Shown: positions 55,391-64,000 of the stretch, piece by piece | Position numbering within the stretch: the first letter of the stretch is position 1 | Layout: every line of letters starts with the position of its first letter | Source of the DNA: an uncultured bacterium | GTDB lineage: Bacteria > Chloroflexota > Ktedonobacteria > Ktedonobacterales > JADMIN01 | Assembly: GCA_963733745.1 (NCBI GenBank) | Contig: CAVTFE010000046.1 | Span: 113,448 to 177,447, forward strand | DNA: 64,000 nt | Reading direction: 5' to 3' | Notes under the pieces: model-generated | What the model was told of the DNA's origin: nothing | Databases searched by the model: none | The model's input: only the letters and a program-made list of their open reading frames with translations | Made by a program: the position numbers and the translations under genes

Positions 55391-56812
55391 CTATTGTGAC
55401 GTCGATGCTCCATCTTGCGCACGGACCGTCGTGACAGCAGGTCTTCCGATGAGGTCCTCCCATGCCCGTGTCATCCCGGCCGCGAGCACGTCAATGTCGG
55501 GACAAGCGGTTGCATTGGCGGTGACGAGAATGTTGAGGCGCTCGCAGTACGACAGCGCCGCGAACATCAAGGTGACGTTACCAGCAAGCCCCAGGATCGG
55601 CATGACATCGTCGATCCTCGCGCCCAGGACATACAGGGGCATGCGCGGACCAGGCACATTCGTCACGAAGAAATTGACCATTCGTTGTCGCTCGATGAAC
55701 GGCCGCGCCAGCCCGATGGCCGCTAGCCAGCTGAACAAGCCATTGATGTAGGCGGGATGCTGCTCACGCCTGGCAGCTTGAGTCGAGATAGCAATACGCT
55801 CGAGCCGCTGGATGGCATCGGCCTTACCTGCAGGCAGCCGCACAAGCAATGCGCCCGCCGCATTGCCCAGTTGTCCAGCAGCCTCCGCGCTCCGGAGCGT
55901 CGCCGGAACTGAGGTCGTCAGCTCCAGGCCATTGACAGACTCGCCGCGTGCCAAGAGCAGCTCACGGACGCCGCCGCTCACGACAGCAAGCACGACATCG
56001 TTGATCTTTGCGCCGTGTGCATGGGCCACTGCGCGCGCCATTTCCAGATCGAGATGCACGACGTGGATGCGGCGTCCGCGGGTCGGCAGCGCATTCAATG
56101 ACGTATCTGGCGCGGCGTCGCTCAGGCGATAAAGCTGGAGCGAGTCAGCAAGTGTTTGATCGACGCCACGCAGAAGCTGGATGGGATGAGCCAGGCTGAA
56201 GCGGAGTGAAAACGCTTTGCTCCTCATATTATCCGTCAAGAGCGCCCAGGACGAGGGCGCCGGCGTTGGAGTCCACGGTGTCTCTGGCGGATTGGGTGTG
56301 TCGGGCGCAAGATCAAGGAAGGTCATCATCAAGGCGACCGCCGCCAGGCCATCGGCGACGGCGTGATGAATCTTGAAGAGCATGCCGATCCGTCCGTCCG
56401 CTAAGCCAGTTAAGAACCACAGCTCCCACAGGGGATGGGAGCGATCCAGCAATGGCCGGAGCAGGCGCTCCGTCGTGGCGAGGAGACTCGTTTCATCGCC
56501 TGGTAGGGCGACTGCTGTGGATCTGACATGCCGATCGATCGAGAACGCCGGATCATCGATCCACAGCGGTGGGCCACAGAGTGGTCGTGCGGGAAGAACG
56601 ATGCGGCGCAGCATCGGCACACGACCCAGACGTCGCTCGAGGCGACGTGTGATCATCTCAAGATCGAGTCTACCCTGAGCATCGAGCAGCGGAGCTGCTG
56701 CGACGATACAGAGGCCGGCGATGTGCGCAGGCGTTTCTGGTCGCTCAATGCGCAGATTGCTGCGGTCGGCGAGGGACAGGCGATCGTATCTGCTGTCCAT
56801 TCTGCTGTCCAT
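55391..56812 (-). CDS. Wax ester synthase/diacylglycerol acyltransferase (second paralog)
   Basis: RLSLAD, HPLWE, HHAVADG, INDVVL, TNVPGP. Confidence 0.92.
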   Translation of the reverse strand: MDSRMDSRYDRLSLADRSNLRIERPETPAHIAGLCIVAAAPLLDAQGRLDLEMITRRLERRLGRVPMLRRIVLPARPLCGPPLWIDDPAFSIDRHVRSTAVALPGDETSLLATTERLLRPLLDRSHPLWELWFLTGLADGRIGMLFKIHHAVADGLAAVALMMTFLDLAPDTPNPPETPWTPTPAPSSWALLTDNMRSKAFSLRFSLAHPIQLLRGVDQTLADSLQLYRLSDAAPDTSLNALPTRGRRIHVVHLDLEMARAVAHAHGAKINDVVLAVVSGGVRELLLARGESVNGLELTTSVPATLRSAEAAGQLGNAAGALLVRLPAGKADAIQRLERIAISTQAARREQHPAYINGLFSWLAAIGLARPFIERQRMVNFFVTNVPGPRMPLYVLGARIDDVMPILGLAGNVTLMFAALSYCERLNILVTANATACPDIDVLAAGMTRAWEDLIGRPAVTTVRAQDGASTSQ

Positions 56813-57002
56813 GCGCGGCTCCCTTCGCTCTTCCCGACTTCGCACGGTCGGCTGTTGCGCCTGAGCAATCCAGGGATCGCGTGAAGTCGACTGGGCGCAG
56901 CTATATCCGGGTGGCCCGCACATAGCCAAGCGCCGCCACGTTCCTGGGCGCTGTAAGCATCCCGCTCCGGACGTCAGCGCATACCAGCGCAATGCAGATC
57001 TT

Positions 57003-57272
57003 CTACGCTTGCTTCTCGACCTCAATCGTGCAGTCTGTCACGAGCGCCACGACCGCGCCCAACGCTGCCCATACTGGAACCAACGCAGCGCCCACGACGC
57101 CGACGAGGAGCGGGAACTCAACGATGGTATGGCCATCTGGATGCTTGACGATGACGCGGCGCACGCTCCCTTCGTGGACGAGTCGCTGGATCTGGGCCAT
57201 CACCTGTTCGCCGGTCAGGCGAACGCGCTCGGTGGATGTCTCGTTATCGGGGATTGACGTTTGCGGGTTCAT
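57003..57272 (-). CDS. DUF4342 family protein
   Basis: LVHEGSVRRVIVK...EFPL.VG...P.WAALGAVVALVTDCTIEVEK. Confidence 0.8.
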   Translation of the reverse strand: MNPQTSIPDNETSTERVRLTGEQVMAQIQRLVHEGSVRRVIVKHPDGHTIVEFPLLVGVVGAALVPVWAALGAVVALVTDCTIEVEKQA

Positions 57273-57648
57273 CTAGATTCCTCCAATTGTGCCTGTTGAG
57301 AAGGTCTTCTCGGTTGGCGGGACTGTGGCGGTGTCAAAGGAAACACTCCCCTGTGTCAAGATGGCGCAGTGACATCACAGTGGGGCCACATGCCGTTGAG
57401 GCTGTATCACGACACGCTCTCAGTCGGTGGCCACGGCGGTGGAGTGTCAGGAGGGCCAGCAAAGTGGTCAACACAAGAAGATGCGAAGGAACTCGCGAAG
57501 CGCCATCCCAGACCGGTCCAAAGCTCTCCGCACGTAGGACTTGGGACCAGTTTGTGTCTTGATCGCGGGGTAGTGTGACACAGAAGGGAAGCGAGAAGCG
57601 CATCATGATGATGGCTCATGATGATTTGAGAGGAAGGGAGCGATTGCA

Positions 57649-58521
57649 ATGCGCTCACGTCTCACAGCAGCAATTCGACGGCATCCAGTTGTGGCCTTTG
57701 CGCTGCTTACCTACGCGATCACGTGGATGCTCGTTCTGCCGCTCGTTCTCAATGGTCTCGGCGTCACCCACCTCATCCTGCCCGCTGGCTGGCATGCCCT
57801 GGGCGCCCTTGGGCCGCTCATCGCCGCCTTCGCCGTGGCTTGGGTCACGCAAGGACGCCAAGGGACCTCCACCCTGCTGAGGAGCATCGGACGGTGGCGT
57901 GTGGGATGGTTCTGGTGGGCGGTGGGCATCGGCACGCCGCTGCTCATGCTAGGGCTGGGGATCGTCTTCGTCGGTGTCTGGGGCCAGCAGTGGCCGAATT
58001 TCAGTTCGACGCTTGCCTCTGCCTCCGCGGTCAGCTTCTGGCTGGTTGACGGTCTACTGACTGGAGTGCTCTACGGCGTGTGTGAGGAGGTCGGGTGGCG
58101 TGGGTTCGCCCTGCCGCGATTGCAACGCCGTTGGAATGCCCTCATCTCCACACTGCTGCTCTTTGGGATCTGGGCCGTCTTCCACATTCCCTTCTTCCTC
58201 TACCGTTACACCTTTGGGCTGGGGAGCCTGGTGGGGTTCTTGCTCGGCCTGTGTGCTGGAGCCATCTGGCTCACCTATCTCTATAACAGCACGGGAGGGA
58301 GCGTGCTGATCACCATGGTGTGGCACAGCCTCTTCAACGTCGTCAATGCGATCGCATTGGTCGCGCTTCCGGCCGCTGCCGCAGTGATGTCAGTCCTGGC
58401 GGTCCTGCTGGGGATCGCAGCGCTCGCCATTGGCAAGCCGACCCGCCTCTCCTCTGCGCGCGAGACCGAGAAACCGACACAAGCGCCAGCGCCCGCAGCG
58501 CGGCTGGTCTCTCCGAGTTGA
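57649..58521 (+). CDS. CPBP (Abi/CAAX-protease-like) intramembrane metalloprotease
   Basis: EEVGWRGFALP, WAVFHIP, YNSTGGSV...WHSLFN. Confidence 0.9.
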   Translation: MRSRLTAAIRRHPVVAFALLTYAITWMLVLPLVLNGLGVTHLILPAGWHALGALGPLIAAFAVAWVTQGRQGTSTLLRSIGRWRVGWFWWAVGIGTPLLMLGLGIVFVGVWGQQWPNFSSTLASASAVSFWLVDGLLTGVLYGVCEEVGWRGFALPRLQRRWNALISTLLLFGIWAVFHIPFFLYRYTFGLGSLVGFLLGLCAGAIWLTYLYNSTGGSVLITMVWHSLFNVVNAIALVALPAAAAVMSVLAVLLGIAALAIGKPTRLSSARETEKPTQAPAPAARLVSPS

Positions 58522-58568
58522 GACACTGCTGGCTCCGCGACACGCTTGTGATCCTGGCCGTCTGCCGC

Positions 58569-58600
58569 GTGACGCTCACGTGACGGCACGGCGCTAGGCT
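58569..58600 (+). promoter_or_regulatory. Tandem-repeat promoter upstream of the USP gene
   Basis: GTGAC-N6-GTGAC-N10-TAGGCT. Confidence 0.55.
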
Positions 58601-58654
58601 GTGATGGATCGGCTGGCGATCTCGCTGGAGCAGCGCACAGAAAGGTGAAAGCAG

Positions 58655-59617
58655 ATGTTTACACGTATTCTCGTTGCGGTGGAAAACGCGGCCCAGGCCC
58701 CACGCGTGGAAGCGCTAGGCGAACTGCTCGCCAAGCAGAGCGCGCTGCGCGCCCCACTGCATGTGGCACTTATGCACGCCACCACGCGTCCACTCGGACG
58801 TGTCGAGACCCGGGTGTCCAGCGACGACCTTGAACAGCTCACAGAACGGCTGCGTGAGGCTGGCGTCGACGCGCGCTATCTGCTGGAGTTCGAGAAGCCT
58901 GCGCGTGGGATCGTCGAAGCTGCGACCCACATACGCGCAGACCTCATCGTGCTGATGCCGCATGGCCGTCTGGGTCTGGATGCGCTGCTGCATCCGAGCG
59001 TGACGGCGAAGCTACTCGCGAGCGGCACAGCGCCCGTGTTGATCTGGCCGGAGCGCCTGCCAGACACCTGCGCGCAGGAGCTGTTCTCCTTCCCTGGCTC
59101 GAGGGTCATCGTCCCACTGGACGGGAGCCAACTAGCCGAACGCGCCCTCCCCGCTGCGATCGACCTGGCCAACGCCTATGAGCGCTCGCTGCTGCTCGTG
59201 CGGGTCACGCCTGGTCTCATACCGCCGCTTGTCGCGATGGGCACGATGGGTGCGCTAGGCGCCGGCGCGTATGCGCCGTCCGATCTGCGGCAGGTGGAGC
59301 AGGAGGAGGCGCAGGCCTACCTGAGCGGGATTGTTGAACGCTATGCGAACGACAGCAGTGCGCCGGTGGAGTCGATAACCTTACTTGGGGCTGCCGCACC
59401 CCGCATTCTCGAGCTTGCCACCGCACATCCAGGCAGTGTCATCGTGATGAGCACCCATGGACATGGCCCGCTGGCGCGGGCAGCGTTGGGCAGCGTGACC
59501 AGCGCGACGGCGCAGGACGCCACCGTGCCGATCCTGGTTATCCCACCACATGCGCTAGCGCCACTGGCTCGAACCGCTCCGCTCAAGCGCCCAACCGTCG
59601 CGGTGGCGCACGAGTAA
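58655..59617 (+). CDS. Tandem-domain universal stress protein
   Basis: FTRILVAV, ADLIVL.PHG, VIVPLDGS.LAE.AL, VMSTHG...LGSV. Confidence 0.9.
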   Translation: MFTRILVAVENAAQAPRVEALGELLAKQSALRAPLHVALMHATTRPLGRVETRVSSDDLEQLTERLREAGVDARYLLEFEKPARGIVEAATHIRADLIVLMPHGRLGLDALLHPSVTAKLLASGTAPVLIWPERLPDTCAQELFSFPGSRVIVPLDGSQLAERALPAAIDLANAYERSLLLVRVTPGLIPPLVAMGTMGALGAGAYAPSDLRQVEQEEAQAYLSGIVERYANDSSAPVESITLLGAAAPRILELATAHPGSVIVMSTHGHGPLARAALGSVTSATAQDATVPILVIPPHALAPLARTAPLKRPTVAVAHE

Positions 59618-60253
59618 AGAGGGCGTCTCCTCTTGGGGGATAGCCGAGACGGCAACGCGTCGCACCGATGCTCGCCCGGTCGGATGGCGTTGGCGGCTGG
59701 TCACAATTCGTGAGCGGCGGTTCAGCAGCCTCCGGCCGGCCATCGTATCTCTGCGTCGTCTCGGTCTCACAGGCCTGACACTCCCCATAGCTCAAGCTTG
59801 GCGTCCTCAGGCTACGCAGGTGGCAACCCACTAGGTTGACGCCTGATGGCGGTGTCCCCACCTATCGCAAGGGGCGCCGTACGACTCCAAAGAGGCGGCC
59901 ATTAGAGGACCTTGGAGGTGCGTATTCTCCCACAACAGGGAGAAAGCGGAAGGCGCTATCCCCACGACTGAAGTCGGCGGCCGCGCGCCAAAAGAAAAGG
60001 TCACCGGGGATGGCGCTGTTCAGCTTCGCATCGCCAATGAACATGTCGAAGTTTTGCCTGTCTGCGGAGAGAGATTCCATATCGCTCCTTTCGTCTGATT
60101 GTGTTAGGACACACATCTGAGCGCACCTTGTGAGGACGCCACCGCGATCTGTGTTCTCGCTGTGCGCTGATCGCTGTTTGCTGTTGAATGGCAGGAGGAG
60201 TAGGCGCTGGTGCAGCTCTTCATGCCGTTGCACAGTAGAACAGGAGGTCAGCA

Positions 60254-60922
60254 ATGCTCAAGCCACTGGCGTTAAGCGCAGGCGCGATCCTGAGCGGCAG
60301 CGCGAGCGCACTTGTGCTAGTCGCGGCGCGCATGTACTGTCGACTACCCGAGCCGAGCTTTGTGGCGGTTGATGGGGTCACCACCATCGCTGACGCGATA
60401 GCGGCCTGTCGCCGGAGTGGTCTTGCCAGCTGGGAGTTGGTGGCCTACGCCCAACACCTGGTCGCACGCAAGTTCACCTACTCGCGGCTCAACACCTGGG
60501 ATACCCCGTCGCGCGCCTTCGCACGCGGCAGGGGGTATTGCGAGCAGCAAGCGCTGGCGCTGAAGGCTGTCTACAATGCGCTGGGGATTGAGGTCCGGCC
60601 CGTGTTTGCATTGCGCTGTGTGTCTCCCCCCAAGATGGTAGATGGCGTGTGGTGGCCAGGAGGAGTGTCTGGCCATGCGTGGTTGCGGGTCTGCATTGGC
60701 GATGAGGAACAAGATGTGTGTCCCGGTTCGCTCGAGAACACTCCTGGGCACACCCAGTTCCGTGTCCTCTCTCCCGTGCATACGTGGTCACCCTGGTTGC
60801 GTCCTTTCACGCATGTCGGTTCCTCCATCGAGAATATGCGCCGCGATCTCGTGGCGCAGTGGCAGACACAGCGGTCAGGCGCAGCGCAATCGACCGTCAT
60901 GCAGGCAGGAGGGCGACGATGA
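60254..60922 (+). CDS. Transglutaminase-like domain protein
   Basis: GRGYCEQ.A, GHAW.RV, D.CP Cys-His-Asp pattern. Confidence 0.65.
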   Translation: MLKPLALSAGAILSGSASALVLVAARMYCRLPEPSFVAVDGVTTIADAIAACRRSGLASWELVAYAQHLVARKFTYSRLNTWDTPSRAFARGRGYCEQQALALKAVYNALGIEVRPVFALRCVSPPKMVDGVWWPGGVSGHAWLRVCIGDEEQDVCPGSLENTPGHTQFRVLSPVHTWSPWLRPFTHVGSSIENMRRDLVAQWQTQRSGAAQSTVMQAGGRR

Positions 60923-61419
60923 AGACCGTGGTGATCTATGACTCGCGGTTCGGCAATACCGAGCACTTGGCCGAAGTGATCGCTCGGCGATTGGGCGCGG
61001 ATGAGCCACTGTGGGCGGCGGATGGGGCTGCTCGAGCGGCGCTGCAACAACGTAACTGGGATCTCCTCGTCATTGGGGGGCCGACGCAGAACCATGCAGC
61101 CAGTCTGACGATGCGCGCGCTGCTGGAGGGACTGCCACGTGGAGCGCTCAACGACGAGCATGTGGCCGTCTTTGATACGCGCTACCGCATGGCGAGGTTT
61201 CTGACGGGCTCTGCCGCAGGCTGGATTGCCGCGCGTCTTGGTCGCGCTGGCGCGACACTCGTGGTGGCGCCCGAAAGCTTCTTTGTCGAACAGGACACGC
61301 CACCGGTAGGCGCGAAGCGGCGACATGGCCAGGAGCGGCTGGAAGCGGGTGAGGAGGAACGAGCGCAGATCTGGGCGAACGGTGTCGTTGAGCACGAGGG
61401 TGCGCCGACCCATGCATAG
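60919..61419 (+). CDS. Flavodoxin-family protein
   Basis: VIYDSRFGNT, GGPTQ, AVFDTR, GSAA, PESFFV. Confidence 0.88.
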   Translation: MKTVVIYDSRFGNTEHLAEVIARRLGADEPLWAADGAARAALQQRNWDLLVIGGPTQNHAASLTMRALLEGLPRGALNDEHVAVFDTRYRMARFLTGSAAGWIAARLGRAGATLVVAPESFFVEQDTPPVGAKRRHGQERLEAGEEERAQIWANGVVEHEGAPTHA

Positions 61420-62107
61420 CCGTTGGGAGTTCGCTCCTCGTGCCTTGCGCTGGTGCGGACACAGGGATTCCCGCGGCAGCAATGCGTTGCGGCGCTGGAC
61501 TCGGCGCTGGTGCGACTGGACCCGGCCGAACCCGCATGGACTGGCAGGGACTGCATCGCGAGCAGGGATGACTGCCGTGCGCGATCGGCTGGTGGGCGCA
61601 TGCCACACAATGTGACGCGGTCGTGACGCAAATGCCTTGCTTCTTGGGCGCTATGGGGCTAGAGTGTAAGTAGACCTCGACAGGGAGGGGAATCGGTAGA
61701 GCGAGGGTGATCTGTCGAGGGGGGAACGAGAAAGGAGCAGCGTCACGTGAAGCGCACGGCACACCTCCTAGTCGTTCCTGTACGGGAGCTCTACGGGGTC
61801 TGCCAAACTGACCACATCTGCCGGTCCTAGAACAGCCTCCGTAAGCTGCATCCCCGGTGCGAACGCCACCCCACACCTGCGCCTCGAGCAATTGGTCAAT
61901 ACAACCAGGGCGCACCCAGGTGCCCCAGCGGCAAGAGGTCGTGCACGCGCCATCAGGGATGAGACACAGAGGGGCCACTGCTATTCGAGCAGTGGCCCTT
62001 TTGCAATGCCCAGATGCTGGTGACCCAACAGGATCTTAGGCCCGAGTGATTCATTCTCATGGCAGCGTGTAGGCGCTGGACCGCGATGTGGCAGACACCA
62101 GCAGACA

Positions 62108-62494
62108 TCACAACGAGTGCAGGATGATCGTCGCTATGACGCAGACCGCGACAAGACCGACGACCACCCAAAGCAGCCGCCACACACGCGTACCTGCCAA
62201 CCCACTTCCCAACACCGCGCCGGCGATCACCAACTCCACCGTCAGCACGCCAGACACCGCGACCGAGTAGCCCCTCACCTCGTGCCGTTTCTTGCGCAGG
62301 ATCGAGATGACATCCATTGCCGTGCAGCCAGCCAGACCAACAAGCACCAGCTCCATCGGCCGGAAGGCGAGATCCTCGCGACCATGCTCGCCACTCGCGT
62401 CCATCGTCACGGTGTGCCCAGAGCCAGACTCCGCGATGAAGCGCATCCCCTCCATCAACCGCGCCTTGGCCGTCATCATCTCAGCCACGGTCAT
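62108..62494 (-). pseudogene. OsmC/YhfA-family protein, truncated and fused to an unrelated hydrophobic tail
   Basis: SGSGH.V.MD, RPMEL.L.GLAGCTAMDVISILRKKR; the second-Cys half is missing and replaced by TM-like sequence. Confidence 0.65.
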
Positions 62495-62579
62495 CTTCTC
62501 TTCACTTCGTGACTGCACCCTAGGCGGTCGCGTACTGGCTCGTATGCGACCGCTTGTTACGCGCTGGGTACAGCGCTCT

Positions 62580-63800
62580 CTAGACATGGCCCTGCGGGAC
62601 GATGTACCAGTAGGCGCGGTTGAAGAGTTGTTTCTCCATGTGGTAGTAGAGGCTGGGGCGTGGTGGACGTGGTGGGTGCTCGTAGTCGAAAACCAACTGC
62701 GTCGCGTGGTTATGCCCCGTCTCTAGGAAGCACATCACCTCGCCGGTGTATATCCCATGCTTCAGATCTGGCTTTTCTCCAAGCACCTCAGCTTCGATGC
62801 GACTCGCGATCACCTTCGCCTCGAAGTGCGCCGCCGAGCCGCTCTTGGAGACTGGCAGATCAGTCGCGTCGCCGAGCGCATACACCCGCTCAACGTCTTT
62901 GACCTCCAGAGTCTCGCGGTTCGTGGGGATCCAGCCTTGCCCGTCACCGAGTCCGGAGTTCTCGATCACCTGGGCGCCGCGATGTGGTGGAACCATGACC
63001 AGCAAGTCGTAGGGCAGTTCCTCGCCCTCCAGCGAACTGATCACCTGGCGCTCGGTATCCACGGCCTCGGTGTTGAAGAAGACGGTGGTCTTGATGCCAC
63101 GTTCCTCCAGCAGCGGCGCGGCCACCTCGGCCACACTCTCAATCGGGAAGACGCGGTTGAGCGGGAAGGTGTAGTGGATCTCGGTTTTCTGGCGCAAGCC
63201 ACGATGCTCAAGCCACTCATCCAGCAGGAAGACAAACTCCAGCGGCGCCGGTGGACAGCGGTACGGGATGCCACCGATGGCGAGCACGATGCGTCCACCC
63301 TGGAACGTATCCAACGCCGAACGCAGCCGAAGGGCGCCCTCCAGGCTGTAGAAGTGGTGCCATTTGTCCTCGGCTTCGTGCAGCCCTGGCAGGTCCTCCG
63401 GAGCCAACCGCGCCCCTGTGCCCAGGACGAGGTAGTCGTAGGGAATGGTGAGCATGCCAGCGGTGTCGGTCGACTTTCCTGTTCTTCCCGTTGCCCTGTT
63501 TGCTGTCTGTCCGTCTCCGGTCTGCAACACCCGCAACTCGCGGTCCTGGGTGTTGATCTGGGAGACATGGCCGACGACCAGCTTGACATGCGAGTTGAGC
63601 AGACTGCGCTCACTGCGACTCAGCTCGATGCCCGCCGAATGGTTGAAGGGCAGGTAGAGCCAGCCGGGCATGTACTGGTGCGAGCCGGTGGCGTCGATGA
63701 CGGTGATCTCCGCCTCATCGGTGTGGAGCTTGCGCGCGAGCACGTTCGCGACAATGGTGCCGCCGACACCACCGCCGACGATGACAATCTGTTGAGGCAT
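62580..63800 (-). CDS. Sulfide:quinone oxidoreductase-like FAD disulfide oxidoreductase
   Basis: IVGGGVGG, HQYMPG, YRCPPAPLE, GDATD.PVSKSGS.AH, Y.GEVMCF. Confidence 0.85.
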   Translation of the reverse strand: MPQQIVIVGGGVGGTIVANVLARKLHTDEAEITVIDATGSHQYMPGWLYLPFNHSAGIELSRSERSLLNSHVKLVVGHVSQINTQDRELRVLQTGDGQTANRATGRTGKSTDTAGMLTIPYDYLVLGTGARLAPEDLPGLHEAEDKWHHFYSLEGALRLRSALDTFQGGRIVLAIGGIPYRCPPAPLEFVFLLDEWLEHRGLRQKTEIHYTFPLNRVFPIESVAEVAAPLLEERGIKTTVFFNTEAVDTERQVISSLEGEELPYDLLVMVPPHRGAQVIENSGLGDGQGWIPTNRETLEVKDVERVYALGDATDLPVSKSGSAAHFEAKVIASRIEAEVLGEKPDLKHGIYTGEVMCFLETGHNHATQLVFDYEHPPRPPRPSLYYHMEKQLFNRAYWYIVPQGHV

Positions 63801-63846
63801 GGAGAGTCTCCTTTCAAGGACCAATCCACAGCCAGCGAGTTCCGCG

Positions 63847-64000
63847 CTAGCGCGCCTTGCGCGCGACGAAGCGGGTGTAGCCCTCATGCGGCTCCGTCGC
63901 CAGCAAGCTCATGCCCAGCCTTCGCAAGCCAGGCCGGAATGTCTTTGAGCGACCCGGATCGCCCGAGAGCACGGCCAGCGTCCCACCGATGGGAAGCGTC
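63847..64000 (-). CDS. TusA/SirA-family sulfurtransferase, 5'-partial (frameshifted)
   Basis: LPIGGTLAVLSGDPG / SLKDIPAWLAKAGHEL / YTRFVARK. Confidence 0.7.
   Translation of the reverse strand, partial: TLPIGGTLAVLSGDPGRSKTFRPGLRRLGMSLLATEPHEGYTRFVARKAR

Noticed and set aside
57649..58521. 'Abi' protein as a phage-defence gene
   Set aside because: Motifs are those of the CPBP intramembrane protease family, and there is no defence-island context
59862..60080. Short minus-strand ORF with good RBS (MESLSADRQNFDMFIGD...)
   Set aside because: Could be a gene remnant but has no motif I can support

Overview
GC-rich bacterial chromosome segment. It is probably Chloroflexota (Ktedonobacteria-like), inferred from gene style and kinase C-terminal motifs and not confirmed by any search. 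More than 15 genes, including fabD, carry 1-2 bp frameshifts, most likely long-read errors. Layout: (1) 1-7.8 kb housekeeping (rpmF-fabD-asp23-nusB-acpP, YycJ-like hydrolase, murC, TerC); (2) 7.8-11.2 kb minus-strand run containing a MerB-family lyase that the ORF track truncates at an in-frame UGA, which lies at the second catalytic Cys position and is followed by a SECIS-like hairpin (predicted selenoprotein, no mer operon nearby); (3) two related receiver + Glu-pseudoreceiver + membrane kinase cassettes, the second running into cytochrome P450 and class I terpene synthase genes; (4) an acyl-CoA ligase / acyltransferase-3 / esterase / phosphosulfolactate synthase / VOC operon, a candidate sulfoacyl surface-modification system; (5) an XRE-STAND-TPR protein, a degenerate PrmC, and a PAS kinase + NarL-type pair followed by three copies of a 40-bp operator-like element; (6) a 3' fragment of tRNA-Thr(UGU) at 40.5 kb (att-like) followed by a low-oxygen/dormancy-type block (PFOR, Hsp20, ABC1 kinase, two WS/DGATs, USP, flavodoxin, SQR, TusA). 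Four promoters in that block share a GTGAS-N6-GTGAS-N10-(-10) layout, and it also holds an 8x11-bp tandem repeat and a decayed IS605-family tnpB element with a LexA-like box in its promoter. No CRISPR array or rRNA was seen.
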